Shown: positions 1 to 13,246, numbered from the stretch's first letter. The stretch: DNA of 64,000 nt from Amoeboaphelidium protococcarum X5 (GCA_023515725.1 JALDTO010000213.1:62001-126000), one strand, 5' to 3'. The notes: generated by a model not told the origin, from the letters alone. Numbers and translations are program-made.

Positions 1-354
1 AAATGACATTCATTATTCCTGGGCGTGTTCATCGATCACATCTATGTCATTTTATGTATAATGACGCGTTCATCTGTTTCAACAATGTCAATTTATGATG
101 AGATTTATAGACTGTGGTTTTGAGGTCTTTTGTAGATGGATTTAATGTTGAATATGAAGGCGTATAAGTACTGAGTCAATGTGAGTGTATCTTCAGTTAT
201 ATAGGGTGATAATGATTTATGGGATTGCGTTTCCTTAAAGAAAAATCAATTTTTTAAGGGCGATTCGACGAATGTTTTAGTTTCTTTGATTCGCTTTCAT
301 GTGCTGAAGATTGGAAAACTCTGACGTTTATAATAATTTTTACCTGATTTCAGT

Positions 355-1908
355 ATGACGAGAGGGAACCATTCGCTACTTACTGATTTGTTCTAAGTCC
401 TGCACCAGTCATCTAGAGTCTTGAATGTATCGCCATCCATAGTCTCCACGGGATCTAATAAGCTTTAATCTGGATTGCGGCCGCCGCGCATAGTGCCTGT
501 AAAAAACAATTTCGCGCAAAATGCCTAGTCTTCAGGCTCATCATCTTTATAACAATCGGAACAAGATTTACCTGTTATTTAAAATGAAAAGAAATAACTA
601 GTCGCTGCCAAGGTTCCAGCTTCCAGAGTGTCGCGTTTGGTAAATTATGGTCAGTTGGGTTTATCTATTGGTGTCAATATGCTGCGCGGTCAGTCGATAA
701 AATCGTCTGATAATCTAGATACTATAGTTTCTATACTGTCTCGTATGAGAGGAGCTGCTCTTAAACTTGGTCAGATGCTGAGTTTGCAGGATTCTGAAAT
801 ATTGCCAGAGCAGTGGCGACGCGTTTTAGTATAACTATAGAACTAAGCTTACTATGTGCCATTTGAATAAGTGGAGCCAATCTTGATTAAGGAATTGGGA
901 AGTGATTGGAGAAATAAATTTTAGGATTTTGAAGAGACACCTAGAGCTGCGGCATCTATTGGTCAGGTGCACTATGCTCAATTCAAGTCTTCATCCGGTC
1001 TCATACCTGTTGCGGTGAAGATTTAGTACCCAAATGTTGCCAAATCAATCATCTCGGATCTCTCCACTTTAAAATTGATTCTGCTAGCTTCCAAACTCTT
1101 ACCCAAAGGTCTTTTTCTTGATAAGACACTTGAGGCGGCCAGGAAGGAGTTACTGCTTGAGTGTGATTATAGGCGTGAAGCGTAGATGATGACCATGTTC
1201 TCATAGCATCTCTATAATGATCCGAATCTTACCAGAGATACTGTGAGAGTAACGGTCCCCAAAGTGTTCACTGACATATCTTCAGATAATGTATTAGTCT
1301 CTGAGTGGAAAGATGGAATTACATTTGGAAATTTATTATCACCATCCTCTTCTAGAATTACTCAGTAGCGATTAAATGCTATAGGATAAAGTATGTTAAA
1401 GCTGTGCTTGAACGAGATTTTCACGTATAATCTTATGCAGACTGATCCCAATTGGTCAAACTTCCTATACAACTAGCTAAAGAATGAAGTTGTTCTACTA
1501 GACTTTGGTTCCAGCAAGAGCTTTGATGACAATTTCGTGAGTGTCTATCGACAACTGCTGATTAGCGCGGTGGATATGGACCATGACAATGCCATCAAGT
1601 TGAGCCAGGACATTGGTTATCTCACTGGATTTGAATCGCAAATGATGATCAGTGCGCATCTGAATTCTCTGTTCACTCTAGCGGTTCCATTTAGAAAGAA
1701 TGGCGGATAGATTTATGATTTTGGCCGCACTGGCGTCACGACTTAGGTGAGATCAGAGATTCCAATAATGCTAGAGCATCGTCTTACTCCACCGCCTGAA
1801 GAGACTTACACTCTGCACAGGAAACTTAGTGGGATCTTTCTGCTGTGCCAGCGTTTAGGTTGTCGGTTCAATGCAGCGTAACTATTCGACTCTATAGTAA
1901 GAAAGTGA
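355..1908 (+). CDS. COQ8: ABC1/ADCK3-family atypical kinase (coenzyme Q biosynthesis), 517 aa with TAR=Gln
   Basis: Motifs [30 protein letters not shown] (Q=TAG at 1024), [35 protein letters not shown]. One continuous frame from ATG 355 to TGA 1906-1908. Confidence 0.93.
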
Positions 1909-1995
1909 TACCGAAAGATGATACATGATCAATAGAATTTCTATTAAAGGTAAGAAGACAATGATGAACGCGCTACATTTGCATTGCTTAAAAGT

Positions 1996-2751
1996 TCATT
2001 TAATGCGGAGTCTATCTTCAGTCTGTTTACGCAAAGCTTCCACAGCATCCCGCTCTTCATCTTTACTTGCATTATAGCTGAGAACAGTCTTATTAAATGG
2101 ATTCTCGGGTGACTTTTACCATTCCTGCCACATCAATTCCTTCACTTGAGTCAGTCTGAGCGATGGATTCTCCTTCCTCAATCGAGCCAGATTGGCATCT
2201 TCATATGCTTTATATGCAGCTTTTGCGCGTCGCTCTGGATGCTTCTCGATTTCTGTAACACCGCTGCCAGTCTTGAACTATTACTTCTTACCACCAGAGG
2301 ATGCGCCTCCAGAAGTGGTAGTGGCCGCGACATCCAACAAATCAAGTGCATCATCAATGTTAGTGGCGGCAAACTCTTCGACATTGAGTGCCTACTATTC
2401 CACCTGCTTCTATTCAACTTTTTACTATTTCTTTGCTGCAGCCTTTGCACTACCACGCGTCACTACTCCGGCCTTTTTACTACCAGAACTACCAGCAGCA
2501 GCGGTAGCCTTCAGTTAAGACTCTTCCTCTTCTAGCAATTTCTTGGCTTCAGCTTTACGCGCTTATAACTCTGCTTTCTTCTACGCTTCGGCAGCGGCTT
2601 TATTAGAACGCTTAGTATCAGCACCAGACTCCCACTTGGATGCCTCTTCTTACTCACGAAGTTGTGCCTTCTGGGCATCTTTCTACTGCTAATTAGCTTC
2701 CTTCTTGGCTTTCGCTGCCTCTGCCTTACTATTTCCTTTCTTTGGTGGCAT
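1996..2751 (-). CDS. CCDC124: CCDC124/Oxs1 (DUF1014) family protein, 251 aa
   Basis: N-terminus MPPKKGNSKAEAAKAKK...W; C-terminal domain ATNIDDALDLL...EKHPERRAKAAYKAYE...LRKENPSLRLTQVKELMWQEWQKSPENPFN. Ends in TGA. Confidence 0.9.
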
Positions 2752-2882
2752 TGTATACTTAATGAATCTTCTTCTTAGTACTGACTGTATATGGAGCGCA
2801 ACTCGTTTAATTGCGAAGAGAGATCGACTGATCTCACGCCCCAAAGTGCAACTGCGAAAAGTGAGAGAAATACCATCACAAA

Positions 2883-5165
2883 ATGTCTGAGTAATCTAGT
2901 ACTGGATAATAATAATCATAATAAACATAATCTCCATCGCTAGAGGGCTTATTGTCTTTATTGGACAGTCTAGGATATCATGCTTTAGCTGAATGTTTTA
3001 AAAGAGACCATTTATTATATGACTTTTTTTGCACTTTTAGTATTGACTAGTGGAAGGTATTACTTAGACAGTACAATGCTGATTTGACCTTGGCTTAGAA
3101 ACTTTTTGATTATTTTCATAACAATAGCAATGGCATGAAATAATCTCTATCTGATGAAGAGCTGGTAAAGAGGATGAACATGAGTAATAGAGATGGGGTT
3201 GTGGAGTATATAAAAATCAGATTTGAAAAGGAAGTTGGTGAAAGCTGGACTCCTCCAGTTGATGTACAGTTTAAATCCAATGGGCTTGAAAGTGGTCTTG
3301 AGAAAAGAGTCACATCTGATGTTTATGAAAAGTTTGATGGATTGGATGACGTGAAAATTGCTTTAGCAGTGAGTGGAGCAGGTAAGACGCGTCTTTTACT
3401 CGAACTGCTGTACTAGTATGGAGGCTACTACTTTACTTTAGATCCTTTATCTGGTGGCATAGGTTCAGGTGATTTGAGACATTGTAGTCTGCTTGCTGGC
3501 AGATTTACTGGTACGTATGGAACTGATATGTCACGAAAGTTGATCTAACTGCTGTATTTTGTGCGCATTCATGTTTGCAAGTTACTGATTGAACAGTATG
3601 GCGTCAATTGTCATCCTTAGCTTCTGTTATGTCAGATGCATCCTTAAGATTATTTTGCTGGAAAAGATGTGTTCTTTCTGATTTATGAAAAGTTGGCTAT
3701 ATTGATGTTAAATGGGAAACGCATTTATACATAATATGTTGACGCAGACGTTGTCTTGTTCGCTGAGTGCGACTCATACCCAATATTGGCTATTGATGAG
3801 ATTCAGAGGGCTCTGGACGGCGAATTTGTACACTTACTACCTAACAGCGCCAATGTCAGACCATTTTTCTCCTCTCTTATTTATCAAACTAAGGCTTTGG
3901 GGGGCTTTAGAAACTTGGTAGTGGCTGGTACTGGGATAAACTTTGATTTTATGGACGAATTCCTATCATCTGCAACATTTAAGAATACAGCGTTGAGCTA
4001 TTAACTTATAACTAACTTTAAACCATTAAGCTAACATGAGGTGAAGTCTTATGCGAGGTGGTATCTCAATTATCACCGTTGTGACAATGTTGAAAGTGTC
4101 GTATAAAGAGTTGGGGATTTTAAACTTTGCCATGGTCGGGCTCGATTTATCGCTTATATCTTGGATGAGTATTTGAGATTGTAAGACATTGAACAAGTTC
4201 TTGCGGCATTCATGTCAGGTATAACTTAGGTGGAGTCTCCTATATTTCCATTGAATTATTTTGTGTAAATTATGAAAGCTGAAAAAGATCCTCTCATGCG
4301 TCATCTTGGCAATGAAACGATGTATTCTTTACTATCAAACGCGTTGTTCTCTTATGTCTTAATTGGAAGAGCAAGGATGATTTTGCAACAAAGCGAGGTG
4401 TCTGAAATAGTGCGGTGCGGATTGGGCTTTGTTGTCAGTGGGTAGTTGGGCTCTCTTACCTCTGTGGATATCCTTGAAGACGCCGTCATTGAGTGTCTGC
4501 GCTATTTCATACCATTTAGCAGCATTGTTTATGAACTTTCCAAATAAGTGGGTATGTTACCTCAGCCTGATACTGCTGTTGGTTACATGATTGAATATTT
4601 TGTCGCTTTTGCTTTAGTGGCCAATTTTGCTGGTGATACCGCCTTGCTGTAGCGTCTTAATGTGTGCAGTCACTCCATTGATTCGTATTTGGTGCAGACT
4701 AACAATTCTGATGGTAGTTCTGTGTTTTTTCCAGATCACATGATGGGGCCTGACATCATTTACCGCTGCGCTGCTTAAAAGATTGTGTATATTGTGTAGG
4801 TAAAGTTTGTTAACTAAATATCTAAGCAAGAGCTTGCAAATGCTTGGCACACTACTGATGTGAACAAGTTTTATTGCAAGCGTGGGACCTGTGAAGTTTT
4901 GAATGGATTTTCCGGCAGTCGTCAAGAACTATTGAGTAGTATCAAGTACGTACAATAATTTGGTTATAAGATTAAGAGATTGCTGGTAGTTCATTCAGGC
5001 TAGAATATTCCGAATTCAGATGGTGATGATGATAACGTCACTATCATATCCAAGACAAGTGCGCCTAATTTCTTCAGTGCTATTGGAGATCTTGACGTTT
5101 GGAGATTACTTGACTGCTAAGAAGACTCCACTTTTAAATCCAGAATTGATACACTTAAGGTTTGA
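2883..5165 (+). CDS. Crinkler-type (CR) effector-like protein: SAM-like N-terminal header, P-loop NTPase and PD-(D/E)xK restriction-endonuclease-like domain, 760 aa
   Basis: Frame checked open from ATG 2883 to TGA 5163-5165. Walker A AVSGAGKTRLLLELL followed by GGYYFT and GSGDL; Walker B ILAIDE; VVAGTG; GRARFIA; C-terminal FFPDHMMGPDIIY...IVQVKF (Q=TAG at 4797). Confidence 0.8.
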
Positions 5166-5707
5166 AAGTAAAAATATAGTAATGGTAGTTGAGTCTATTA
5201 TACCGTTCAGCATACCAGAAAGTCTGAGAGCTGTCTTGGCAGCAGAAAGTTAGAACAATGTCGCTTAATAATGTGTAGTTGATTTAGCATAGTCAGTAAG
5301 TGAGACTTACCTCTATGTACCGCGTCAAAGCTATCAGCGACTATAACATTGATGTTTGATCACCGCTGTCATTGGATTGTCACATTCAACACGCGGCCAT
5401 CAATCTCACTTGGAACTACGCTGTAACAATTAGAAAAGATACGGCGACAATAATTTAGTAGATTTACAATATTCAGCACATTAAAATATTCACTCAGTTA
5501 GATTTAGCAAGCAGCTCCTAGTCATACCCAAAAAAATGTCTAATACAGTTTTGAAGCATTTGGAGACTTCTTTGATCTCATTCACTCTTTCATTTTCAAA
5601 ATTATTCGGTTTATAATCCCCGGATAAGTCATTTTGATCTAATCTAGCAATATAAATCTTCTTAGGAGGTTCAACACACCTACTGGAGGTTTAATAAACA
5701 CTGATTT

Positions 5708-8200
5708 ATGATGGATGAAAATTTATTAAATTAGTTGGGATACAAGTTGCTCTTGGACGAGTCGTATTATCGCACCACTGTTCAGAGGGGCAACTAGCTG
5801 GAGTTATAGAGCGCTATTGATGCTCTCATTCACCTGATGGACTTATCGTTATAGCCATAAAAGTTTATAGAACTAGACGATTTGGTATAATCTTTGAGTA
5901 CGCGTTAAAAATTGTTATGTGGGCGGATATTTGAATTATACCAATGCTTACAAGTAAAGGCTGATGTTATTATGCGTTATTGTTAATCCACGTCGTTCTG
6001 GCTGGTTTTTGCCAACTAGTTATAGTCGACTGGGGATGATGACAATCAAACTGATCTTGATTATCAAGGTGAGTTAAAGTGGCCTTAATCCTAGACTGCT
6101 ATAATTTATCATTTGCTAAGATTATCGAATTAAAGAGTGTCTCCTGTATCGCAAGACTCGTCATTCTAGTGGTTACTGAAAGCTTTAGTAGTAATCTCTA
6201 AATTAGATTCATTATTAATGTAAACAGTCTGGGAAATTCTGATATAGTATTGTGAAAGGACTGGTAAACTAGATCATCTGCGTTCTCTCTATGAGAGTGT
6301 CTGCACTTAAATTCCGGATAGTCATACAACAGATTCTGTTATGGATGAAGGTCCTGGACAATTTGATTAAATCAAACTCTACTTTACCACCGCTTTGAAA
6401 AGCATCTGTATGGTCTTGTCTTAGGAAGATAATAATACGGAGATCAAGCCGAGGCAGCTATATCAATAGATCATAAACTGTATTGAGTAGATGAAGCGCG
6501 ATGAGGTGTTTATATAGTTTGTAGATTGCCTCTTGTACTGTCCAGACAAGTGTCGATCTTAGGTGAAGATGGATTTGTAGTTTATTGTTGATATTCAAAG
6601 CATCAATCCGGAGTGCCCACTTGACTTTAACAAGGATGTTGAATAATCTTTGCTATTTGCTGATTTATTGACTTAAGCAATGCCAGGGGATGGCGTTCGA
6701 TTTCTTGTCATGCTGCCGCCGTAATCGATAAAGTTGGATGCATTGGACAAGTTCAGACGAAGATTGATGAAGCTATTACAAGCCAAGTTGGTATAGAACG
6801 TGTCTGAATTGAATTACATTCGGCAAATATATGTGGTGTTTAGTTATCTTTTGGGTCAATCTTATGATGATTAGATCACGCAGCTTTGGTGGTTGGATAA
6901 TGTTCCCCATGGCAAGAACAAGATTCTATTTACTCTATTACGAGCGTATCTTATTTGTATAATTCAGCAAGACCATCACTCTTTAGATATAAACCACTTG
7001 GAAAAGATATTAATGTAAGTTGATGATATCACAACCGAGTAATAATAATAAGCGAATCTGATGGTGGCTTTGTGTAAATATATGAACGGGAACGCGCCTA
7101 AAGAGTGGGATTTGAATTAGCTGATACATGCATTCTATAAGCTTCAAGATATGTAGAAATCTGATGGAATGGATGATGGCTCAGAATCTCGTTAGAACTT
7201 TTGGACAAAGTTGAGTGAGCAGACTCTGTTGCTTCATGTCTTGAATAATCCTGATACTGATCATGTTAATAATGTCGATGATTTTGGTGATGATGATAAT
7301 GATTACTTTAATAGACTCAATTCCAATGTAAGGTAAATTGCTGAGTCTCTATCTAAATTGGCGCGAAATGTTGAAGTAGAGGAAGGGGAGGATGAGGATA
7401 TGTAGTTGCAATTCATGAAATCTGATACTGATCTAAGTGATGGCCTAGATGCTTGTTTGAATCTTGATGGTGATTAATTAAGTGAACTCTTGAACTTGCT
7501 TACTAGCACTTAGTTGCAAAATATTTTGCGATAATTGGATATGTTATATCCAGTTGATATACTTGGCCAGGTGGGTGCTGTCCTAATGAATGGTGGAGGA
7601 GATTTTCAGCCAGATGGAAGAGTCAAATAAAGTGCATCAGTTTTGATGTATCACGCTTTGCTTGTACTAATCCAGCGGACGAAATTAAATATTAAGTGTG
7701 CATGGACTGTGGAAAAGGAAGCTGAGCTGTCGGTATTATATTCTCAGCTGTCTAAAGTGTGCTTACATCGAGGCATGGACCGGGAGGCTTTGCATCTCTC
7801 TCACGCTGCACTGCTCCTACTCTTACAGTAGGATACCTCGTAAACTAGTCTGGCAGATTCACTGTGTCTTAATATTAAAGTTCTATTTTACTGTTTCTAC
7901 CAGTGGAAAGAGTACTTGTTGTGTGTAATCGTAATTTAGCACTTAAAGAACTACTGTGGCTAAGAGTTATAAGATAAGGTGGATTAAAGGTTTACGGAGC
8001 GTCTGCTCATTCTTGCAACTAACGAGAAGAAAGTCTCATAGATTGCGGTCAAGTTCCTGCACGATAAGAATGCTCTAGAATTTTTATGGTACCACTTTCC
8101 GTACTTATCCAATGGCTTACACAATAATGTACGTTGTGTATCTCCTGGTGATCTAGCACTCTTCCTCAAATCTGAAGTATTCGACTTGTTCATTTCTTGA
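5708..8200 (+). CDS. Hypothetical leucine-rich, probably all-alpha-helical protein, 830 aa
   Basis: Frame checked with no TGA from ATG 5708 to TGA 8198-8200. An in-frame TGA at 5702 bounds the start. Protein-like composition, but no family motif recognised. Confidence 0.75.
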
Positions 8201-8297
8201 CTTCTTAATTTCAGTCTAAATGGTGTCCAGGAATAGGAGCGTTATTAGCTATTAAGAGTCTAGATAGATGGCACTTGGATAAAATTTACATAGTTTT

Positions 8298-8333
8298 TAT
8301 TACTATCAAGCTTAGTATTACTATCAAGTTTAG
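8298..8333. repeat. 18-bp imperfect tandem duplication (TATTACTATCAAG[C/T]TTAG x2) in a convergent 3' intergenic region
   Basis: Read directly from the sequence. Confidence 0.8.
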
Positions 8334-8437
8334 TTCATAATCCATGCACTCAATTCAGTCAACACCTTAAATTAAAGCCTCTTGCTCTTATAAAATCAGA
8401 CTAATATCCAGCCAGATTCATCATTATGGTGATCTAG

Positions 8438-9922
8438 TCAATTTAAGGCATTTTAGACTTGATATCCACCTGATTGTTAACCATGTTTAAACACTTGCGT
8501 GAATAAATTAATAGCCTACTAAACATCCTCAGCTCCACAACACTCTCTAATACTGTGCATACTCAGCATCGCATTTCCCACATCCACAGTCTAGATACCC
8601 ATCTTGGTGGATAGAATAGGTCCGATAGTACTTCCACATGGAGAGTCATTGCGCACCACAAACTCTTACAGCTTCAAAGGCTTATTATTGTTATTACCAC
8701 CATTTGATGCAATCTTCTTGTTGTAATCCTACGCAATCTGCTTAAGAATCGAAGACCCAATACTAGTGGTGGCATATCTCTGATTAGCATTGATCTTGAT
8801 AGTCACACCTTCATTCATAACTGGCTAGTGATTTTACTCATGTTTGTCAGCATAATTGGGATGAATCGCATGAGCCATATCTGCAGAGATTAATAAAGAA
8901 CTTGCCATACAACGAGATAATGCAGATTCAACACTTCCCACACTTGAAGAGTCTTTAGATGAAGCAAAAGATGAGATAATTCTATCCAGAACTGAAGGTA
9001 AAAAGTTGGAATTGGCACCATAAGCAGAATCAGAACCAACCTCTTCATTGTCAAATAAAGTGACCATGGATATTCCACACTCATTCAATTGATCACCACC
9101 TGCACTATTCAGCAAAGCCTCTACAGCACAGTAGCTCATCATCAGATTATCCAATCTAGGACTGAATATAAACTCATTCTTCAAACCACCAAGTCTAGCA
9201 GGAACTGTATCATGTAGACACAGTTCAAAATCAACAATCTAATCCATGCTCTTCAACTGCAATTTCTCAGTAATTAACGATAGTAAAGCCTCATGATGAC
9301 TTTTACTAATATCTGACCCACTGTCATCACTATTAACCTTACCACCATCAGTCTACTATAACACTCTATTCAACAAAATAGGCTATAACTGAGACTCATC
9401 ATTAAACTTAAAAGACTCCTTCACTGTTCTATCCAAATGAATGGCCAGAGTTGGTATACGCATAATGGCATCATTACCGAAGCTCACCAACCTGGATTCC
9501 AACAACTTTTCATCAGCACCACTCTTGACCACTATACGCCCACTCATGGATAAATCTCTATCAAACCAAGTGTGCCACAAACCACCGCCGTACGTCTAGA
9601 CACCAACCAAGCCATATCCGGAAGCAACTTTCCGACTACGAGGCTTCACCTTGAGACACGGCGAGTCGGTGTGCGCAACAACTATGCCCAGAGAGCCACA
9701 CTTATCCTTGTTGATCTGGAAACCACTTCCGATCTTGAACGCAATCACAGATGTCTAATTTCTAGTTACAAAGTACGACTTGCCAGCCTGTAACTGCCAG
9801 TCCGCACCACCCTCTGATAGTTGTTAGAAATTAGCAGACAGCAGCCTCTTCTTCACATTGTCCACAGCATGGAACGGCGAGTAACTAGTGGATAAAAATT
9901 CTAAGCAATCTTGAATAGTCAT
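8438..9922 (-). CDS. APE4: Aspartyl aminopeptidase (peptidase M18, DNPEP/Ape4), 494 aa
   Basis: SPFHAV, AHTDSPCLKVKP, YGGGLWHTWFDRDLS, RIPTLAIHLDR, RLDNL, LFDNEEVGS, SADMAHAIHPNY, DSPCGSTIGP, LSMHSIRE. Confidence 0.95.
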
Positions 9923-10434
9923 ATTTCTTCTCTTTAACATTCAACTTTATCACTACAGTATATGGAGAATAATTTAATTTCTATACTAAACTAGTGTAAA
10001 CAATTCAAATGTGTAATTAAACTTCTACTTGCGATAAAGTAATAAATGAAAAGAGAATTGGTTGAACTGGACGATGAAACGAAAAGAGTTTCAAAATTGA
10101 TCGCACCAAGTTTGGGAGAAAAATCCTACTTTACCAGGCTATTATCGCTTGTATAAGTATGTGTTTTAAATGTGAACTGTACGATAGTTTTTTATGATAT
10201 TGCTTTTTAGCTTGGTACATTGCATTACAGATATATAACGCGTATTGTCCAGTTGAATAAAAAGTGTATTGATTGCGCAATTTCTAAAGGGGCTATAGTA
10301 CTTTTCAAGGAGACTGAGTGATTCTATAATCTTTTACTTACTCCAGTCTAAATCTGTGGTTGATCTACATCTCATCTTGCTATCTATAATTCCGGATAAT
10401 TCATTTTAAATTAATAGTAAGTTGTAGGAAATAC

Positions 10435-11634
10435 ATGATGAAGCTTATGATACTGGGTGTCGCGTATGGTGCCATGTTGGTTACATCAGGTCACGTTAAT
10501 GGACAATACTCCGACACAGCATCTCATACTGGAGTTGAGGATCCGCCGGTCGATCCTGATATTATTGAGATTTCGCGTGAAAATAGTATGTAATTAAAGA
10601 GTTATGGCGGCGATGATAAATATAATGGATTTGATTTTGCAAGTGAAGATACGCGTGATGAAAGTCGATTTGCTGATTAAAGAAATCTGAATGATGCTGT
10701 GGATTAAATGGCCGCTGCTGTCACAACTAATGATCTTGCACTGTTTAAATAGGCATGGTTCAGTGTCAAGTATGATACCTGGGGTGAAACTTCATCTGTA
10801 TATCTGCAGGCTTGCTCATAGGGACGCGTCGAGATCGTATAATTTGCTTTGAGTGAACAGAAGCCTGCAGGTGATCGCGGCGTAAACATTTATCTGGGTA
10901 GACACAATATGGAGCAGTGCTTCGAGCGGGCTTTATAAACCGGATAGTCATCAATATTGAGCTTACTGCTGGAGTACTCCGAAGACATGAGTTTGGTGTT
11001 TAGTATCTAGACATAGAAGGCTTTGAGGGGGGATGATGCGCGTCCTATTCAGTTCTTGTATGAGGCCGCCTACTTCAGGGACAACATGTTGAGTAGTTAC
11101 ATTAGTCAAGTGGTAAAGTCTCCAATTCATGCAAATACTTTATTAGATTTGATGGATGTATACCCGCCTCAACAATATGTTTTTGATCTATTGTGGGACA
11201 AGCTGAAACAGGAGTTATCGTTAAGTCTTCTGTCTCTGCTATTGAATTTCCCAGTCTCTGATGAACATGTAAATGCTACTAACGAGATTTTGAATGAGTG
11301 GTTGTATCGTCCTCTGGCAGACGCTGGCAAGGTGGCGCAAATGTTCAAATTAATCATTAGTAGGAACATTTTGCCTGCTTCTGACATTCTGTAGTATTTT
11401 TAGTTGGCGGTGTTGGGCGGTAATGAGAGTCTCATATTCATTATTGGATAGTCGCCAGCTGTTACGCGATAGGATATTCGTCAAATAATATAAACTTTAC
11501 CTAAATCTAAAGATTCACCTCGTAAGATTCTCATGAAGCTTTTGAAGACTAAGCCAAGAAGATCCTTATGGCAATGGTGGAAGGATTTAAAACTGCGCCA
11601 GAGAATGAAGAATTGGTTCAGTCGTGCGCAATGA
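10435..11634 (+). CDS. Secreted ankyrin-like helical-repeat protein (paralog A), 399 aa, with a cationic Trp-rich C-terminal tail
   Basis: Signal peptide MMKLMILGVAYGAMLVTSGHVNG; ankyrin-like helices YLQACSQGRVEIVQFAL and CFERALQTGQSSILSLLL; TGA at 11632-11634; collinear similarity to the next gene. Confidence 0.75.
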
Positions 11635-11873
11635 TAGGAACTCCTCTATTATATAATTAAGTTTGAGAATTTAGAATATACACAAGATATATCTTTATAA
11701 ACGGCCTAAATTCTATCACATTTGCTCTTGTCAGTTTCGAGTTGACATAGCGTGTCTGGTTTACAGTTTCGTGATTGGATGCTGCCTTGAGGTTGCAATC
11801 TCCATGCATCTCGTGTGCATCATCTCAACAAAATCACCATAAAAAGTTTGTTTTTTCTTATAATGCAATACAT

Positions 11874-12971
11874 ATGATAATATAGATAGGCTTCATGTTT
11901 TATCAAAGATATATTTTGATCTCGATGCTGGTATTCATATTGATTACTGCATGGAAATCGGGTGTTGATGCTACCAATATGTTGTTGCCTGAGAGAGATC
12001 CCATTATTTAGAAGGACGGATGGCGTTAGAAAATAAATTACAAACAGCCTGTAGATCAACTGACATCTTCTTTAATCTAAAGTGAGAATATTCGCGCTTT
12101 AAAAGCTGCGATATCTTAGAATGATGTTGCATTGTTTCAAGAAGCTTGGGTGCCTGGTGATCCTCAACTGGTGATGAAGTTGACTCCTTTGCTACTTAAA
12201 GCGTGCAAATAAGGACAGAATGAAATAATAGCAATCGGTGTCTAGAAGTTCTAGGGCGCATAACAGTCATCTGCTAGTTAGTTTGCTTAATTTAGACGAC
12301 AATGCTTTGATCTGGCTATTGAATCTGCCTAACCACAAGTGATAACAGAGTTGATGCTGGTTGAAGATCTTCATTCGTAAGATTTGACGTCTTTATTGGT
12401 ACATTTCAAACTGCAAGTCGTACAGGCTTCTATTTCAAATGATTAGGACAAGATCCGTCTATTCTACGAGGCAGCTTATCCCATCGACAGTCTGTTGAGT
12501 TAAGTTTTGCCGATTCTCGCTGTATCTTAGAATTTGCCGGTACTAAGGTCTTTATTTGAGAACTATCCGCCAACTGAGAGATTTTTAAATATCCTGTGGC
12601 AGTTGGTAGACCCTGAACACGTTGAATTATTGCCGCTATTGCTAGAGCAACCCATGGTTGAATAGAATATCAAGACTTTCAAACGTGTAATGGCTGTTTA
12701 CATGGACCGGCCTCAAGTTGAAACTCGGTCTGCTGTGGCGATATTTAGAGCAGCTTTATACCAGGAGCTTTTGTCTAAGCGAGAGATTTTAATGTACTTT
12801 CGGTAGGCTGTGCAGAAATAGTCTGTTTCCCTTATTGTGGTCATCGGAAACTCATCACACATAACAGCAGAGGACTGCAAATAGGCGAAGGGCCATTTTA
12901 TGCTTGTTTAAAGTCCTAAAATTTGGCATACCTTAACGTGGTTGATACATTAAAAGTTAAAATCTTAATGA
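11874..12971 (+). CDS. Secreted ankyrin-like helical-repeat protein (paralog B), about 358-365 aa; the start may be the Met at 11895
   Basis: Signal peptide MFYQRYILISMLVFILITAWKSGVDA; LLKACKQGQNEII and CFDLAIESAQPQVI; frame open to TAA-TGA at 12966-12971. Confidence 0.75.
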
Positions 12972-13246
12972 TTAAAAATTGACACTCAATAGTAAAATTT
13001 ATCCTATAACGAGTTGTCGCTCAGAAGTTTTTTTGCATACACTTGGCTTGGCATGCAGATAATGGCAAGTACGACGCGTCAATTGTCGAATCTTTACAGT
13101 TTATCTAATTACAACCGACATAAATTCAATATTGATACACAATTACTCCGACTTTCCAGTGCTGAGAATCAAGGGGGATCATTTTGAGGCACAAGATTTG
13201 AGAGAGTCTTTTCACTTTTCCTGCCGTATTGCAATTGCTACGTATT

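Noticed and set aside
1-300. Short minus-strand frames at the window start (MKANQ...RIALKKLIF; ...IDIVETDERVIIHK)
   Set aside because: No coherent start-to-stop gene or recognisable family. With a single stop codon, open frames of this length are expected by chance.
321-353. Possible branch point and acceptor (CTGAC...TTTCAG) just before the COQ8 ATG
   Set aside because: The CDS is complete from 355, and the acceptor does not match the WTGTAG pattern seen in all supported introns.
5536-5637. Upstream ATG ORF as a first exon of the 5708-8200 gene
   Set aside because: It is in a different frame, stops at TGA after 33 codons, and no suitable splice sites link it.
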